In this document: piece by piece, positions 38,655 through 51,399 of the stretch | How positions within the stretch are numbered: the stretch's first letter is position 1 | Layout: each line of letters opens with the position of its first letter | Source of the DNA: Leucoraja ocellata | Lineage: Eukaryota | Direction: 5' to 3' | Assembly: GCA_036785375.1 (NCBI GenBank) | Contig: JAWMAR010000710.1 | Coordinates: 248,001 to 312,000 of the forward strand | DNA length: 64,000 nt | Program-made: the position numbers and the translations under genes | The notes under the pieces: model-generated | What the model saw: only the letters and a program-made list of their open reading frames with translations | The model's database searches: none | Told to the model about the DNA's origin: nothing

Positions 38655-38970
38655 CACAGTGGAACAGATGTTAGAGCTGCTGCCTCACAGTGCCGGAGAC
38701 CAGGGTTCAATCCTGGCCTCGGGTGCTCTCTGGGTGGAGATAGCACGCTCCGTGTGGCCACGTGGATTTCCTTCGGGTGCTCTGGTTTCCTACCACATCC
38801 CACGAATGAGCGGGTTGTAGGTTACTTGATCTCCATAAATTGCCTGGAGTGTGTAAGGAGTGGACGGGAAAGTGAGATAACAGAACTAGCGTGAACGGGT
38901 GATCAGTGGTCAGCGTGGACGGAGGGTTGAAAGACTTGTTTCCATGTTGTATCTCAAAACCAAACTCAAT
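38655..38970 (+). mobile_element. tRNA-derived V-SINE (HE1-like)
   Basis: GCTGCCTCACAG..GGTTCAATCC head and GGGTGCTCTGGTTTCCT V-domain. Confidence 0.8.
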
Positions 38971-39440
38971 CAGAACCTCACTAAAGATGCAAAAAAAATG
39001 ACATGTAATCATCATTACAAAACAATAGATTCTTTCACTTCCCATTGCCGTTGACATTTGTTATCCTCCAATAACCTTTAGAAAAATGAGGTTCCATGTG
39101 TCAACGCATCCAATGCATGTTTGAGCTCAGTAAATTCCCATTTTGCTTTGCCGAAATAAGGTTTTATAAGATCTGACGCAAATGCTTTCAACAGAAGTGA
39201 TGTCTGAACCCTGAGCAGGAGAGAAAGTCTTCCCATGCTTACCTGCCGTTAGCGAGTCTTCCCGAGTACATGCCATTAGCGCTTAGAGACTTCCCCGAGC
39301 TCCGACGTACCCGCTACGTTCATTCTCCGTGCTTACCACAAATTTGATTTTTTTAAACTCGGGAGAGCGCTTGGAATGAACTCGTACCGTGGGAAGGGGT
39401 TTGAGATTGGGGAACTCAGTGTGTCGCAATGCTTAGAGCT

Positions 39441-40340
39441 TTGTATTGTATTGTATTGTATTGTATTCAAATTTATTGTCATTGTCTCAATTTGAGACAA
39501 CAAAATGAATTTCCCTTACAGGCAATATCATAAAATAAATTAAAAAAATAATAAATAAATAATAAAACATATTAAAAATAAAATTGAAATTGAATTAAAA
39601 AAAAGCACAAACACAGAAAGTCCACGACACAACATAACATAAATGGCACCAAGGTGAGGATGGCACCATAGTCCAGCCAGCCTCCCCTCCGTGTCCATCC
39701 ATGGTCGGGGCCTTCCGAGCACCCGCAATCGCCGCCCCGGGTGGCCCGATGTTCGGGCCCTCACGCCGGGCTGGTGGAACGCCGACGCCAAACCCCGACG
39801 GTGAGCATCCTCCTCCTCAGCGGCCCGGACCTCCTGATCAGCCGCCTCCCGCAGCCGAGGTCCACAGCTCCTGAGTCCGCAGGCCGATACGGGCAGAGTC
39901 GCAGGACCCCGCGCTGTCCATCAGCGCCGCCCGCGTTGGGAGCTCCGCAAACCGCAGCTCCAGGATGTCGGTGCAGCAGGTCCAGCACTCCGGACTCCAG
40001 ACGGCGACCCCCGGTAAGGCATTGCCAGCCCCGCGATGTTCCAGCGCTGTCCCGCCGATGCTGGAGCTCCGGTCGATCCCGGCAGGAAAGGCCATGCCAA
40101 TCCAGGTAGGTAGGCCGCTGGGGGGGAGGGGAGAGGGGGTCGAGGACGCGACTCGAATAATAGTCGCGTCCTCACCAGGAAGCGGCTGAAGGACGGCATC
40201 CCCCGCACCGTGCCCTTTTCCCCCACATAAAAACACCAAAAAAAACACAAAAAAACACACTTTTTCAAACTAAATAAACAAAAAAACAAAAAGATACCGG
40301 GCTGTAGGTGGAGGCTGCTGACACCAGCGCCACCGGAAGT
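39441..40340 (-). mobile_element. GC-rich non-coding retroelement with Rex-type 3' tail, (TACAA)n
   Basis: 5' end ACTTCCGGTGGCGC; 3' hairpin + ATGACAATAAA + pentamer tail; no RT motifs. Confidence 0.6.
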
Positions 40341-40574
40341 ACAATACCAAGTCTCTGGACTCGTTCACCAGTCTCTTCCCACAAAGCAGGCGACCTCACT
40401 GCAGTCTCACTACAGGTAAAGGAGTGGTTTAAACAGGGAGCTCGAAACGGAACTCCGTGTTAAATAATTTCTAACGTGTGATATTTCATTCCTACAACCA
40501 TTTATTAGACTGTTACAGTCTGTTATGCTTTAGATTTTACACAGTCATAGAAACTTAATTAATAATGAAGAGAG

Positions 40575-40795
40575 ACACAAAATGTAGGAGTAACTCAGCG
40601 GTACAGGCAGCATCTCTGGAGAGAAATAATGGATGACGTTTCGGGTCAAGTCACTTCTTCAGACCCAGACTTCTTCGACCCGAAACGTCACCAATTCCTT
40701 CTTCCCAGAGATTCTGCCTGTCCCGCCAAGTTACTCCCGCCGAGTTACTTTTGTGTCTATATTCGGTATAATGCAGCATCTGCAGTTCCTTCCAA
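40575..40795. repeat. Palindromic head-to-head Penelope terminal-repeat element
   Basis: GACACAAAATG..GAGTAACTC..GACGTTTCGGGTC mirrored by GACCCGAAACGTCA..GTTACT..TTTGTGTC; similar copies at 25880 and 63255. Confidence 0.65.
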
Positions 40796-42096
40796 CACAA
40801 AACGTTATCAATGTATTTTTGGTTCCATTGTTTCCACTAGAAACTTAATGAAGCTAAATAACCAGCATCTGCCATTTTACCCCTTTGGGCTTTCCTATTT
40901 GTTGCCTGGTCAATCTAATGTCTCCATGCCAATGAGGATTTTATTTTTCCCATTTCTCCGGCAATCCTCTGGGACTGTTTGAGGATGTTCAACGTCCTCA
41001 CCGTTCTGTTCCAGGCTCAATTAATTAATCAACCGATAGCAGTTGAATATGGTCGTGAAATTCCAGATTACAGAAGTAACAATATTCCAGCGACAGAGTA
41101 CACCAAGCGAATGTATTTTCCCCGTGTAATTGTGTGCGGCCAATTCTAAACTGCCCTGGGTCAGGAGTTTCAAATTGGCTGAACTCAATACAACATTTGC
41201 CAACTACCAATTTACTGATCCCTAGTCTAAAACTGCACATTATTTCTAAACAGATAATTAATATTATTACTTAATTAATTACTTTTTAAAAATTAATTAC
41301 TTTTAGAAGAATGAGGGGCTATTGGATCATAGAGAAGGCCGCTGGCGAGAGTAACGTGGACTTGTACCTGGAAGTGAATGTTAATTCCTTTACCCTTGAT
41401 CTGGCAATTTATAAACCCACATTTAAATGGGAATATTTTTCACTTTGGCTCAAACAGAACCGAGAAAGGAAATCCTGAAACAATATGAAATATTTGGGAT
41501 CAAAGGTGAATGGGTGCAATAAGGATCAATAATGTTTAATTTATCTCTGTAAATATTGTCACATAATGATGAGAGATGGCAGGAATTATAAGACTTATTC
41601 CACCCGGTTAGAAGAGAATCTCACAGTAAAACAACTGGGGAAGTGTTTTTTCATTGATTCTGTAATGATCAGCAGGAGTGAAAATAGTTTGATGACTTCA
41701 CCCTGACATGAAAACGCTCAGCATAGGAGCACCTCAAGGCTGCGTATTCTCTCCTCTACTCTCTCTACACCAACAACTGCACCTCTACAGACACCTCTGT
41801 CAAGCTTCTCAAGTTTGCGGATGACACAACCCTGATTGGACTGATCCAGCATGGGGAGGAATCTGCCTACAGCCAGGAAATTACACAACTGGCATCCTGG
41901 TGCCATCGCAACAACCTAGAGCTCAATGCTCTTAAGACAGTGGAATTGATTGTAGACTTTAGGAGACCTCCCCCTCCCCTCACCCCACTCACCATCAACA
42001 ACACCACAGTCACATCTGTGGAGTCTTTTTAGTTCCTGGGAACCATCATCTTCAAGGCCCTTAAGTGGGGGGCTACCATCGACTCCACAGTCAAAA

Positions 42097-43230
42097 TTGA
42101 ATTGATTGAATTGAATTGAATTGATTGAATTGAATTTCCTTTATTGTCATTCAGACCTTACGGTCTGAACGAAATTTCGTGCCTGCAGTCATACATACAA
42201 TGATACAATAATAACAACAATAAACACAAATTAACTTCCACCACAGTGAGTCCTCCAAACACCTCCTCACTGTGGTGGAGGCAAAAATCTTAGGGTTGCA
42301 GTCACTCCCTCTGCTCCCTCGGCGCTGAGGCGATTCCCCACCGGGCGATGGTACAAACAGTCCCGCAGCTCACCGAACCCCGCGAACGGGCCGGTTCAAA
42401 CACTGCGGCTCAGGGTGGTCGAAGCCGCCGCACCTCCAGTCCAGCACACGCAGCCGCCGGCCCGCGGCTGAACCCAGGACTCTGGACACCGCCGCCAGAA
42501 CATCGTCCCAGCCACCGGAGCACCGTCCCAGCCCCCGGACCGGATCGCCATCACGTGAGTACCGTTCCACCCTCAGGCTGGGCCACTCCGACGGGAGTGC
42601 CGTTCCTCCCTCGGGCTGGGCCACTCCAGCGGGAGTGCCGTTCCTCCCTCGGGCTGGGCCACTCCAGCGGGAGTGCTGTTCCTCCCTCGGGCTGGGCCAC
42701 TCCAGCGGGAGTGCCGTTCCTTCCTCGGGCTGGGCCACTCCAGCGGGAGTGCCGTTCCTCCCTCGGGCTGGGCCACTCCAGCGGGAGTGCCGTTCCTCCC
42801 TCGGGCTGGGCCACTCCAGCGGGAGTGCCGTTCCTCCCTCGGGCTGGGCCACTCCGACGGGAGTGCCGTTGGGCTGGGCCACTCCAGCCCCTCACCATGC
42901 TGCTCTCACGGGAGCACCGTTCCATCCCGGGCTGGGCCGGGAGCGAGCCCAGGACGAGTCCTGTCAGCTGCCTCCAGAGTCCCGAGGTCGCCGGCTCCGC
43001 TAGGCCTCAGTGTAGACGGAGGCAAAGAAGGGGGATACGACAGAAAGGTCGTATTCCCCCGAAGGGAGTGACAGCAGCCCCCGTTTCACCCCCCACCCCC
43101 CTCCCCACATAAACACAGCCTAAAAACCAAAAACATAACTAGACAAAAACAAAAAAAAAACAATACAAAAAGTAAAAACCAACGGACTGCAGGCGAGCCG
43201 CTGCTGCCAGGGCAGCGCCGCCACTTCCGG
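42097..43230 (-). mobile_element. GC-rich non-coding retroelement with Rex-type tail (TTCAA)n, inserted in the Rex LINE
   Basis: Host reading frame STVK|KAQQR rejoins across it, AAAA on both sides, 5' end CCGGAAGTGGCGGCG. Confidence 0.75.
42561..42888. repeat. 38-bp GC-rich minisatellite, 8 full copies plus a partial
   Basis: GCCGTTCCTCCCTCGGGCTGGGCCACTCCAGCGGGAGT head-to-tail with no spacers. Confidence 0.95.
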
Positions 43231-44049
43231 AAAAGGCACAACAGAGGATGTATTTCCTACGGCAGCTGAGGAAGCACAATCTGCCACAGACAATGATGGT
43301 CCAATTTTACATTGCCATCGTAGAGCCTGTTCTCACCTTCTCCATCATGGTCTGGTTTGGCTCAGTCACCAAGCACGACACCTGGAGGCTGCAGCGAATC
43401 ATCCGATCAGCAGAGAATGTTATTGGCTGCAATCTTCCCTCCATTGATGAACTGTACACAGCAAGGGCAAGGAAGCGAGCGGGCAAGATCATCTCTGACC
43501 CCTCACAAACACTTTGAATCACTTCCCTCTGGATGGCGACTCCGGATTGTCACAGCTGCCACAGCCAGACAGAAAAACAGTATTTATCCACGAGTAGTTG
43601 CTCTACTCAACAACCAAAAATCTGTAGCCTCCCTTTCATCTGGTATTTTGTTGGTTCACATGCTTAATCAATGGTGTTTTAACATTAATGTTTTATTATT
43701 ATTTTAATGTTTAGTGTTTTCTGAGTCATTCGTAACTGTCACTATGTCATGTTGTTACTTGTGGGTGGAGCACCAAGGCAAATTCCTTGTATGTGAATAC
43801 TTGAGCAATAAACTTACTTACTTACTGACTTACTTATACCATGGTCTTCTCGTCGGCACACAGTAAGGTGATCGTGGCAAGGTGGAATGAAACCAATGTC
43901 TCTGTGCAGTGGCTCCGAGATGACTCCGGGGTTTGTGAATATTTGAAACAGAACATGTGTAAATACAACAACGCTTGAATGTTGCTGGTTCCAACAGCTG
44001 CCCCACGGTGAACAACCGGCATTTCACTGCGTCAATGTGACCAACCACG

Positions 44050-45110
44050 CGTGTCAGGAGTCTGAGAGCACTGGGGGAGAAGTTGTTCTAACTTTCAGCC
44101 AGGCTGTCAGCTTTAAGCCCGGTTATTAGATGAACCATGAGATCCGCACTCTTCTGAAGTCTAGATCCCAGGCATTCAGGTCTGGAGATGCAGAGGTCTA
44201 CAAGAAGTCCAGATACGACCATGGTATGGCCATCAAAAAGGCCAAAAGGGACTTCTGCTCCAAGCTGGAGGATGAGACAGATGACAGGGCGTGACAGGTC
44301 AACTGTGACAGGGCTTGAATACAATCACCTCTTACAAGGCAAAATCAGGAAGCAACTCAAATGTCAGTGAATCATCACTCCCTGACGAGCTCAATGCATT
44401 TTACGCATGCTTTGATAGGAAGAACACTGATGCGCCTTCCCGAGCCCCAATTTGCCATGCTGGTATTTTGGTCACAGTCACAGAGGCCAATGTCAGAATA
44501 TCCTTCAGAGGGGTGAACCCTCAGAAAGCGCCTGGACCTGATGGTATACCCGGGCATGTTTTAAAAACCTGTGCGAACCAACTGGCTGTAAATTTTACGG
44601 ACATTTTCAACAGTAGAGAGCATGCTGACCGGTTGCATCGTTGCTTGGTTCGGCAACTTGAACTTGCAGGAGCAGGAAAAGGCTGCAAAAGGTTGTGAAC
44701 ACTGCCCAGTCCATCATCGTGTCTGACCTCCCTACCATCGAGGGGATCTATCGTAGTCGCTGACTCAAAAAGGCTGCCAGCATCATCAAGGACCCACACC
44801 ATCCTGGCCACCTACTCATCTCTCCGCTGCAACATCCAGGTTCTGCAACATCCAGGTTCAGGAACAACTACTTGCCCACAGCCATCAGACTATTAAACAC
44901 AACTTCAAACAAACTCTGAACTATAACAGCCTATTGCACTTTATCTGTTTATTTATGTGTGTGTATGTGTATATATATTCTATAGTATATGGACACACTG
45001 CCGTGTTCTGTATTTATGCCTACAATACTCTGTTGTGCTGCAGCAAGCAAGAATTTAATTCTCCTATCTGGGACATATGACAATAAACTTTCTTGACTTG
45101 ACTTGACTTG
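44050..45110 (+). mobile_element. Rex1/Babar LINE with large internal deletion (~44610)
   Basis: LPDELNAFYA..KAPGPDGIP..CANQL..FTDIFN joined directly to the RT C-terminus; (CTTGA)n tail. Confidence 0.85.
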
Positions 45111-45149
45111 TACACACCACTACTCACTCTGAATCACATTGTGGACCAG

Positions 45150-45485
45150 CTTTTCCCTTTGAGAATAGGGAAGATTCAAACAAGAGGACATGACTTCAGA
45201 ATTAAGGGACAGAAGTTTAGGGGTAACATGAGGGGGAACTTCTTTACTCAGAGAGTGGTAGCGGTGTGGAATGAGCTTCCAGTGGAAGTGGTGGAGGCAG
45301 GTTCGTTGGTATCATTGAAAAATAAATTGGATAGGCATATGGATGAGAAGGGAATGGAGGGTTATGGTATGAGTGCAGGCAGGTGGGACTAAGGGAAACA
45401 AGTTGTTCGGCACGGACTTGTAGGGCCGAGATGGCCTGTTTCCGTGCTGTGATTGTTATATGGTTATATAGTTATATGGTTATAT
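45150..45485 (+). mobile_element. CR1 3' end with (TTATATGG)n tail, abutting the copy-3 D2 acceptor
   Basis: TRGH..FFTQRVV..WNELP; the same tail occurs reversed at 37090-37165. Confidence 0.8.
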
Positions 45486-46547
45486 CTGTTTTTCACAGTT
45501 GATGCGAGTCCACAGCGCCCTCTGCTGGGGAATAACGTCACACTCAGCTGCACCATCTCCAGACTCTCAGATACAATCAGTCTTCATTGGAGACCAATGA
45601 ACTCATCCCAGCAGAACACGAGCAACACTGATCAGATCCACCTGAATAACATGGTCTATCTGATGGTTCGACATGTTACAGTGGAGGATGGGAAGTATGT
45701 GTGTGAAGTGCAGGAATACGGAAACATTGTTCACACGTAACGCATGTTTTACTGTAGAATGGAGTAAGTGTGCACACCTCCCATTAGATATTAAGTAGAC
45801 ATTTGTATCATCGGTGCTTCTTGCAATGTCTAATGTGCAGCCTGTGAAGAACTGTGGACAGTGACCAACTGCTCTCATGCATAAAATGCTGAATGGTCAG
45901 AGAGAAGTTTCCAGAAAGTCTCTCTGTGGAGCAGCTGCCTGTTGTCTTTGTGTGACACACACACAGCACAGGAGGGGTAATGATGTTCTGTAACTATTGT
46001 TCAGTAAAGTATTTTCTCACATTAACTTGCCATCAATGCTCCAGTATCTGAGACTGAGATATTGATACAGGACTCACGTCAAAGTATCAGATAGAAAGTG
46101 TAGTCACCATGACAACCACCAGCACTTGCTGCTCACACTCACACTGGGGATCCCGGTGCACACATCAGCACTGAACAACAATCCGTCCCCCCTCCCCTCA
46201 CTGACCCTTCCCTCTGAGTCACGCTGCTGTTTGAAGTGATTCCAGCTGCTGCAGACTCAGGGTTCGGATCAACAGTAGCTAGAAGCAGGACCCGGGGTAG
46301 AGAGAAGGGCAGGGAATCAATGGGTGTGAATGGGAGAGGGATGGTGGGAATAATGGGATTGAAGGGACAGGAAGACCTGACGTGCTTGAGCTGCCAACGT
46401 GTCCAGATCTGGCCCTGTGCAGGCATCCTCTGGGCTGCTTCTGTCACCAGCCTCGACCTGCACCACCTCCTACAGACTGACAGAGAGATTCACCTTCCGG
46501 ACCGCTCTTGGGAGTCTGCGGGAGGTTTCATTCCATCCCGGGAGATT

Positions 46548-48850
46548 AGAAACATAGAGACAGGAAGAGGCCATTTGGCTCTTCGAGCCTGCACCGCAAT
46601 TCATTTTGATCATGGCTGATCGGCCCCATTCCATAACCCCGCCTGCCTTCTCCCCATATCCCTTGATTCCACTAGCCCCTAGAGCTCTATCTAACTCTCT
46701 TAAATCCATCCGGTGATTTGGCCTCCACTGCCCTCTGTGGCAGGGAATTCCATAAATGCACAACTCTCTGGGTGAAGAAGTTTTTTCTCACCTCAGTCTT
46801 AAATGGCCTCCCCTTTATTCTAAAACTGTCGCCCCTGGTCCTGGACTCGCACAACATTGGGAACATTTTTCCTGCATCTAGCTTGGCTAGTCATTTTATA
46901 TTTTTATATGTTTCAATGAGATTACCCCTCATTCTTCTAAACTCTAGTGAACACAAACTAGTCTTTTCAATCAATCCTCATATGACAATCCCGCCATCCC
47001 AGGGATCAATCTTGTGAACCTAGGCTGTACTGCTTTAATCACAAAGATGTCCTTCCTTAAATTAGGAGACCAGGTGTGGTCTTACTGGAGCCCTATACAA
47101 CTGCAGAAGAGCCTCTCTACTATACCAAAATCCTCTTGTTATGAAGGCCAACATTCTATTAGCTTTCTTCACTGCCTGCTGTACCTGCACGCCAACTTTC
47201 AGTGACCAGTGTACAAGGACACTGAGGTCCCGCTGTACCTCCCCCTTACCTAACCTAACCCCATTGAGATAATAATCTGCTCCCTTGTTTTTGCCACCAA
47301 AGTGGATAATCTCACATTTATCTATATTATACTGCATCTGCCACGCATCTGCCCACTCACTCAAACTGTCCAGGTCACCCTGCAACCTCCTAACATCCTC
47401 TTCACAGTTCACACTGCCACCCAGCTTTGTGTCATCCGCAAACTTGAGCTGGGATAGTCCGGAACTCTATCCAGGGTGCTGATGTTATTTGACAGGCCCC
47501 TGGCCTGTTTGCTGATAACAAGGATCAGAGCGGCACTTGGGGATAATCTATCATCACACCCTTTTAAATACTAATAATCAATTTGACTTCTCCTTAATCT
47601 TCTCTACCAAAGCTTTCTCAAGATGTCTTGTTGCCCTCCTGACTTCCTTCTTGTAAACCTATATTCTTCTACCAATTCACTCGATCCCATTTGCTTGCAC
47701 ATGACCTGACCTTGCCTCTTTATTTCTGACCAGAGGCCCAATATGTCTTGTCATCCAGGGTTTCATACGCATTCCTGCCTTGCTCTTCACTCTAACAGCA
47801 ACCTGCAGACCTTGAACTATCACTAACTCACTTTTATAAACCTCCCACTTGCCAGGAGTCACTTTGCCTGCAGACAACCTTCTCCAATCAACTTTTGCAA
47901 AACCATCAACATTTTTAATCAAATCGAAGAATTTTCACTTCTTGCAAAGTGTATTGCCACTGAGAACTCAATCATATGTTCTGCCCTTTTTCCCCAAAGT
48001 TGATCAATATTGCCCTCTCTCTCGTGAGGCCCCCATTTGTGGCAGTGAATTCCACAGATTCACAACTCTCTGGGTGAATATGTTTTTCCTTATCTCAGCC
48101 CTAAATGGCTTGCCCCATATTCTTAAACTTTGACCCCTGGTTCTGGACTCCCACACAATGGGAACATTTTTTCTGCATTTAGCCTGTCCAATGCTTTAAG
48201 ACATTAAAATATTTCTATAAGATCCCCCTCATCCTAAATTTGTGAATACAACCCCAGTGGACTCATTCTTTCATTATATGTCAGTCCCACCATCTTGGGA
48301 ATTAATCACGTGAACCTACGCTGCACTCCCTCAATAGCAATAATGTCCTTCCTCAAATTAGGAGACCAAATTGCACACAATAGTCCAGGTGCGGTCTTAC
48401 CAGGCCCCTGTACAACTGCAACTCCTTGCTCCTAATCTGAAATCCTCTCGCAATGAAGGCCAACATGCCATTAGCTTTCTTCACTGCCTGCTGTACCCGC
48501 ATGCTTACTTTCAGTGACTGATGTACAAGCACACCCAGGCCTCCCATTTTCCTAATCTGACCCCATTCATATAATATTCTGCCTTCCTGTTCTTGCCACC
48601 AAAGTGGATGGCCTCGCATTTATCCACATTACACTGCATCTGCCATGCAGCTGACCACTCACCCAACCAATCCAAGTCATCATGCAGCCTCATAGCATCC
48701 TCATCGCAGCTCACACTGCCACCCAGCTTTGTGTCATCCGCAAATCTGAAGGTGTCACATTTAATTCCCTTGTCTAAATCTTTATTATATATTGTAAATA
48801 TCTGGGGTCCCAGCACCGAGCCTTGCGGCACCCCACTAGTCACTGCCCAC
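46548..48850 (-). mobile_element. Stack of CR1 3' fragments (46548-47447, ~47560-47920, ~48030-48850)
   Basis: FADDTKLGG, GVPQGSVLGP, KKANxMLAFI and RPHL motifs. Confidence 0.85.
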
Positions 48851-48855
48851 CACAC

Positions 48856-49690
48856 TAGTCACAAGAAGGTCCGGGTCCACACGGGGCCACAGTCATTCGT
48901 GATCAGTGAGGGGGCACCGGCTATCCTGGATTTGATCCCAGCAGCTCACTCTGGCCTCAAGAGGAGGTGCTGGCGGTCTCAGTCGTCTTCATAGCCTGTG
49001 AAAGGCTGAGTTAATAGGGGGTTTTCCACTTTCCCTCCCTTTCTTCCTGCCCTGCTTCCTCCCTCTCTCTCCACTCTGGCTGGAACTGCTTGGGTTTATA
49101 AGGAGGAGGCTGACGAGGTCCAGATGAGTTGATCCAATTCTGGGTATTTGGAAACAGCCGTGGCCGATGTGACTGTGGCCACAGCTCAGTCTACGGTGCC
49201 GGTGTTTACTGGCAGCCAAGCGCTGTTTGTGGTGCTGATCGCTGGCTTCTTCTGTCCTGGCTGCCGGTGACAGTGATCGGAGCGGCCTTGAGGGAAAACA
49301 TGTCGTCACATTTCCTCCCCCTTAGTGATGATCCCGGGATTTGTAACAGACCCGACCAGAGAGCATGGAAGTGGGAGAGGCCATCCGCATTCCTATACTG
49401 CGCTCCAGAACGATGTTGGACCTGAAACGAGTAGTCTTTTAGAGAGAGGAACCGGCGTATTATTCTGCAGTCGGTGTCCATGGCTTTTGCCGTCCATTGC
49501 AGGGAGCCTGGTCTTTGACGAGTAAACACTGACTCGGTCAGTGAGTAGCGCAACTCCTGTAGGGCCCACTTGACGACAAGCACCTCTCTCTCTCTCCAGC
49601 AGCATTCCTCGTCTCAGGCAACGGTAATTTCCAACTGAGGTTCCACCTTTGGCTCCTCTCCCCAGTCCTGAGAGAGGGCGGACCACGACC
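48856..49690 (-). mobile_element. Gypsy LTR retrotransposon 3' end (RNase H, PPT, 3' LTR), Gmr1-like domain order
   Basis: VKWAL..LRY..RI.R.FL.L..YSF.VQHRSG....NADGLS, then PPT AAGGGGAGGAAA (~49311-49322) and LTR start TGTGAC at 49310. Confidence 0.75.
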
Positions 49691-50815
49691 TGATTATAGT
49701 AGGTATGTTACAAAACCTACCTAAATCGGCGTTAAGAATCTGCCCCAGGCCGTGTGAGCGATTTTGGCGCTGTTTAGAGGGGGCGGGTTTAAAATGCGAT
49801 TTTTACTAGGCTGTTCCAATCAAAGATGTTCAGCCTAGTAAATCATTAACGAAAAATCGCTGAAAGACCCCGTCGCAAAAGGTATTATTAGTTTTATAGG
49901 CCTCGAATAATAGTTATAATAGTTTTAAAATCACTCTCTCAGCCTCAGCAACCTCTCGCAGCCCCATGGTTTTATAAAGCAAACAATTAAAGGTATGTAC
50001 CTTATTTTTACATTAAAAGGGGCTTCCTAAGAACCCTGTATATAAAGTTTACTATAGCGAGTAGTTCATTTTGGGCTCTTTATATCCCGCAGTATTTTTC
50101 TCGACATTTGCGGGCACAAATCCAGCGCAATGTGAACGTTCTAAACCAGTGCGTTCACAGGGACCCACTAGAAAGCTTTTTTTTTAATGGGCAGTTATTT
50201 ACAGCAATTGAACACTAAATTCCTTCCATTTGGCCTGTAAATTAATGTAAATGAGATATAAAAATCATGTTATATTGTGAATTATTTGTGAATAATCTTT
50301 GGACACTTAGGCTATTTAAAAATGTTAATCTTTCCTTAAGAAATGGATAGATGTTTATATCTAGTAATTGAATTTTGATTAAACATGATTTTCTTTTTTA
50401 GTATTTACTATTTGTTTTAGCGTTTAACTTTATAATCTCTACCTTTTTTTCTAAAACTGCAAATAATAACTTGTTTCTGTTACTGCTGTTCAGTGTTTTT
50501 GTTTTATTTACATTGTAAACAGATGTCTCCAAAGAAGAAATGTAATATTGTCAATCCAAAAGCCCAGCCAGGCATAGCTAGAGTTCAACTTGAAGTGAAT
50601 TTCTCTGTCATGCCCAAGTCTATGAGGGATCTTAAAAATGGACACTTTGTACTTGTTTACCTCATTTGGAAAAAGTCTGCCTGAAACAGAGAAAGTGCTG
50701 AGTTCACATTTCTCTTTGTCGGATGCAGAAGGCTATAAGGTGATTTCACCAAATGTCAAATGAGCGTAGATCCCCCCTCACGTGACCGAAAAATTTAACT
50801 GGAGGACATATGTCA

Positions 50816-51399
50816 CTTCGGTACATGTTAGTGAATGGGGAAACACGCACTTTCACACACACCCGTTAAAAACATGGAAACCGGACGATTTTTGAGCTGA
50901 AATTTTCTGTGCTAGTCGGGGTGACCGTGAAGCACAGCGACCTAAATTTTCAGGCAAAAAAAAAGATAGAAAGTAAGGTAATTAAAGAGGGAACCGAAGG
51001 TGGAAAAACAGCGAAAGTGAACAGCATACATTTGCCGTGGAGATTTACAGGTCCAAAATATCGGGAATTATCACGTTTGCTCGCTGAATTTCATCAAAAG
51101 TAAGTTAATAATGCCTTACTTTTGATGAAATTCAGCGAGCAAACGCGATAATTCCCGATATTTTGGACCTGTAAATCTCCACGGCAAATGTCAGCTGTTC
51201 ACTTCCGCTGTTTTTCCACCTTCAGTTCCCTCTTTAATTACCTTACTTTCTATCTTTTTTTTTGCCTGAAAATTTAGGTCGCTGTGCTACACGGTCACGC
51301 CGACTAGCACAGAAAATATCAGCTCAAAAAGCGGCCGTTTTCCATGTTTTTAACGGGTGTGAATGTGCGTGTTTCCCCATTCACTAACATGTACCGAAG
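50816..51399. repeat. ~580-bp near-perfect inverted repeat (foldback/MITE-like)
   Basis: Arms of ~290 bp (CTTCGGTACATGTTAGTGAATGGGG... / ...CCCCATTCACTAACATGTACCGAAG) around a ~10-nt loop at ~51105-51114. Confidence 0.92.

Larger units (their letters stand above)
41720..43836 (+). mobile_element. Rex1/Babar LINE, 5'-truncated, interrupted at 42097-43230
   Basis: GAPQGC..SPLL, KFADDTT, KTVELIVDFR, KKAQQRMYFLR; (CTTA)n tail. Confidence 0.85.
41321..46370 (+). pseudogene. IgSF gene copy 3, inverted fragment: 3' half of D1 (41321-41505), D2 exon (45499-45763) and downstream intron homology
   Basis: EILKQYEIFGIK|gtgaat donor. D2 (GNNVTLSCTISRLSDTISLHW) has 3-nt and 2-nt deletions and a TAA at 45738. 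45880-46370 resembles the reverse complement of the copy-1 D2-D3 intron. Confidence 0.8.

Noticed and set aside
42561-42888. CRISPR-like array
   Set aside because: Units are head-to-tail with no unique spacers, there are no cas genes, and the DNA is eukaryotic. It is a minisatellite.
42348-43112. Long Pro/Gly/Ala-rich ORFs on both strands (also 39540-40290)
   Set aside because: By-products of GC-rich repeats that lack stop codons; no domain motifs or splice context.
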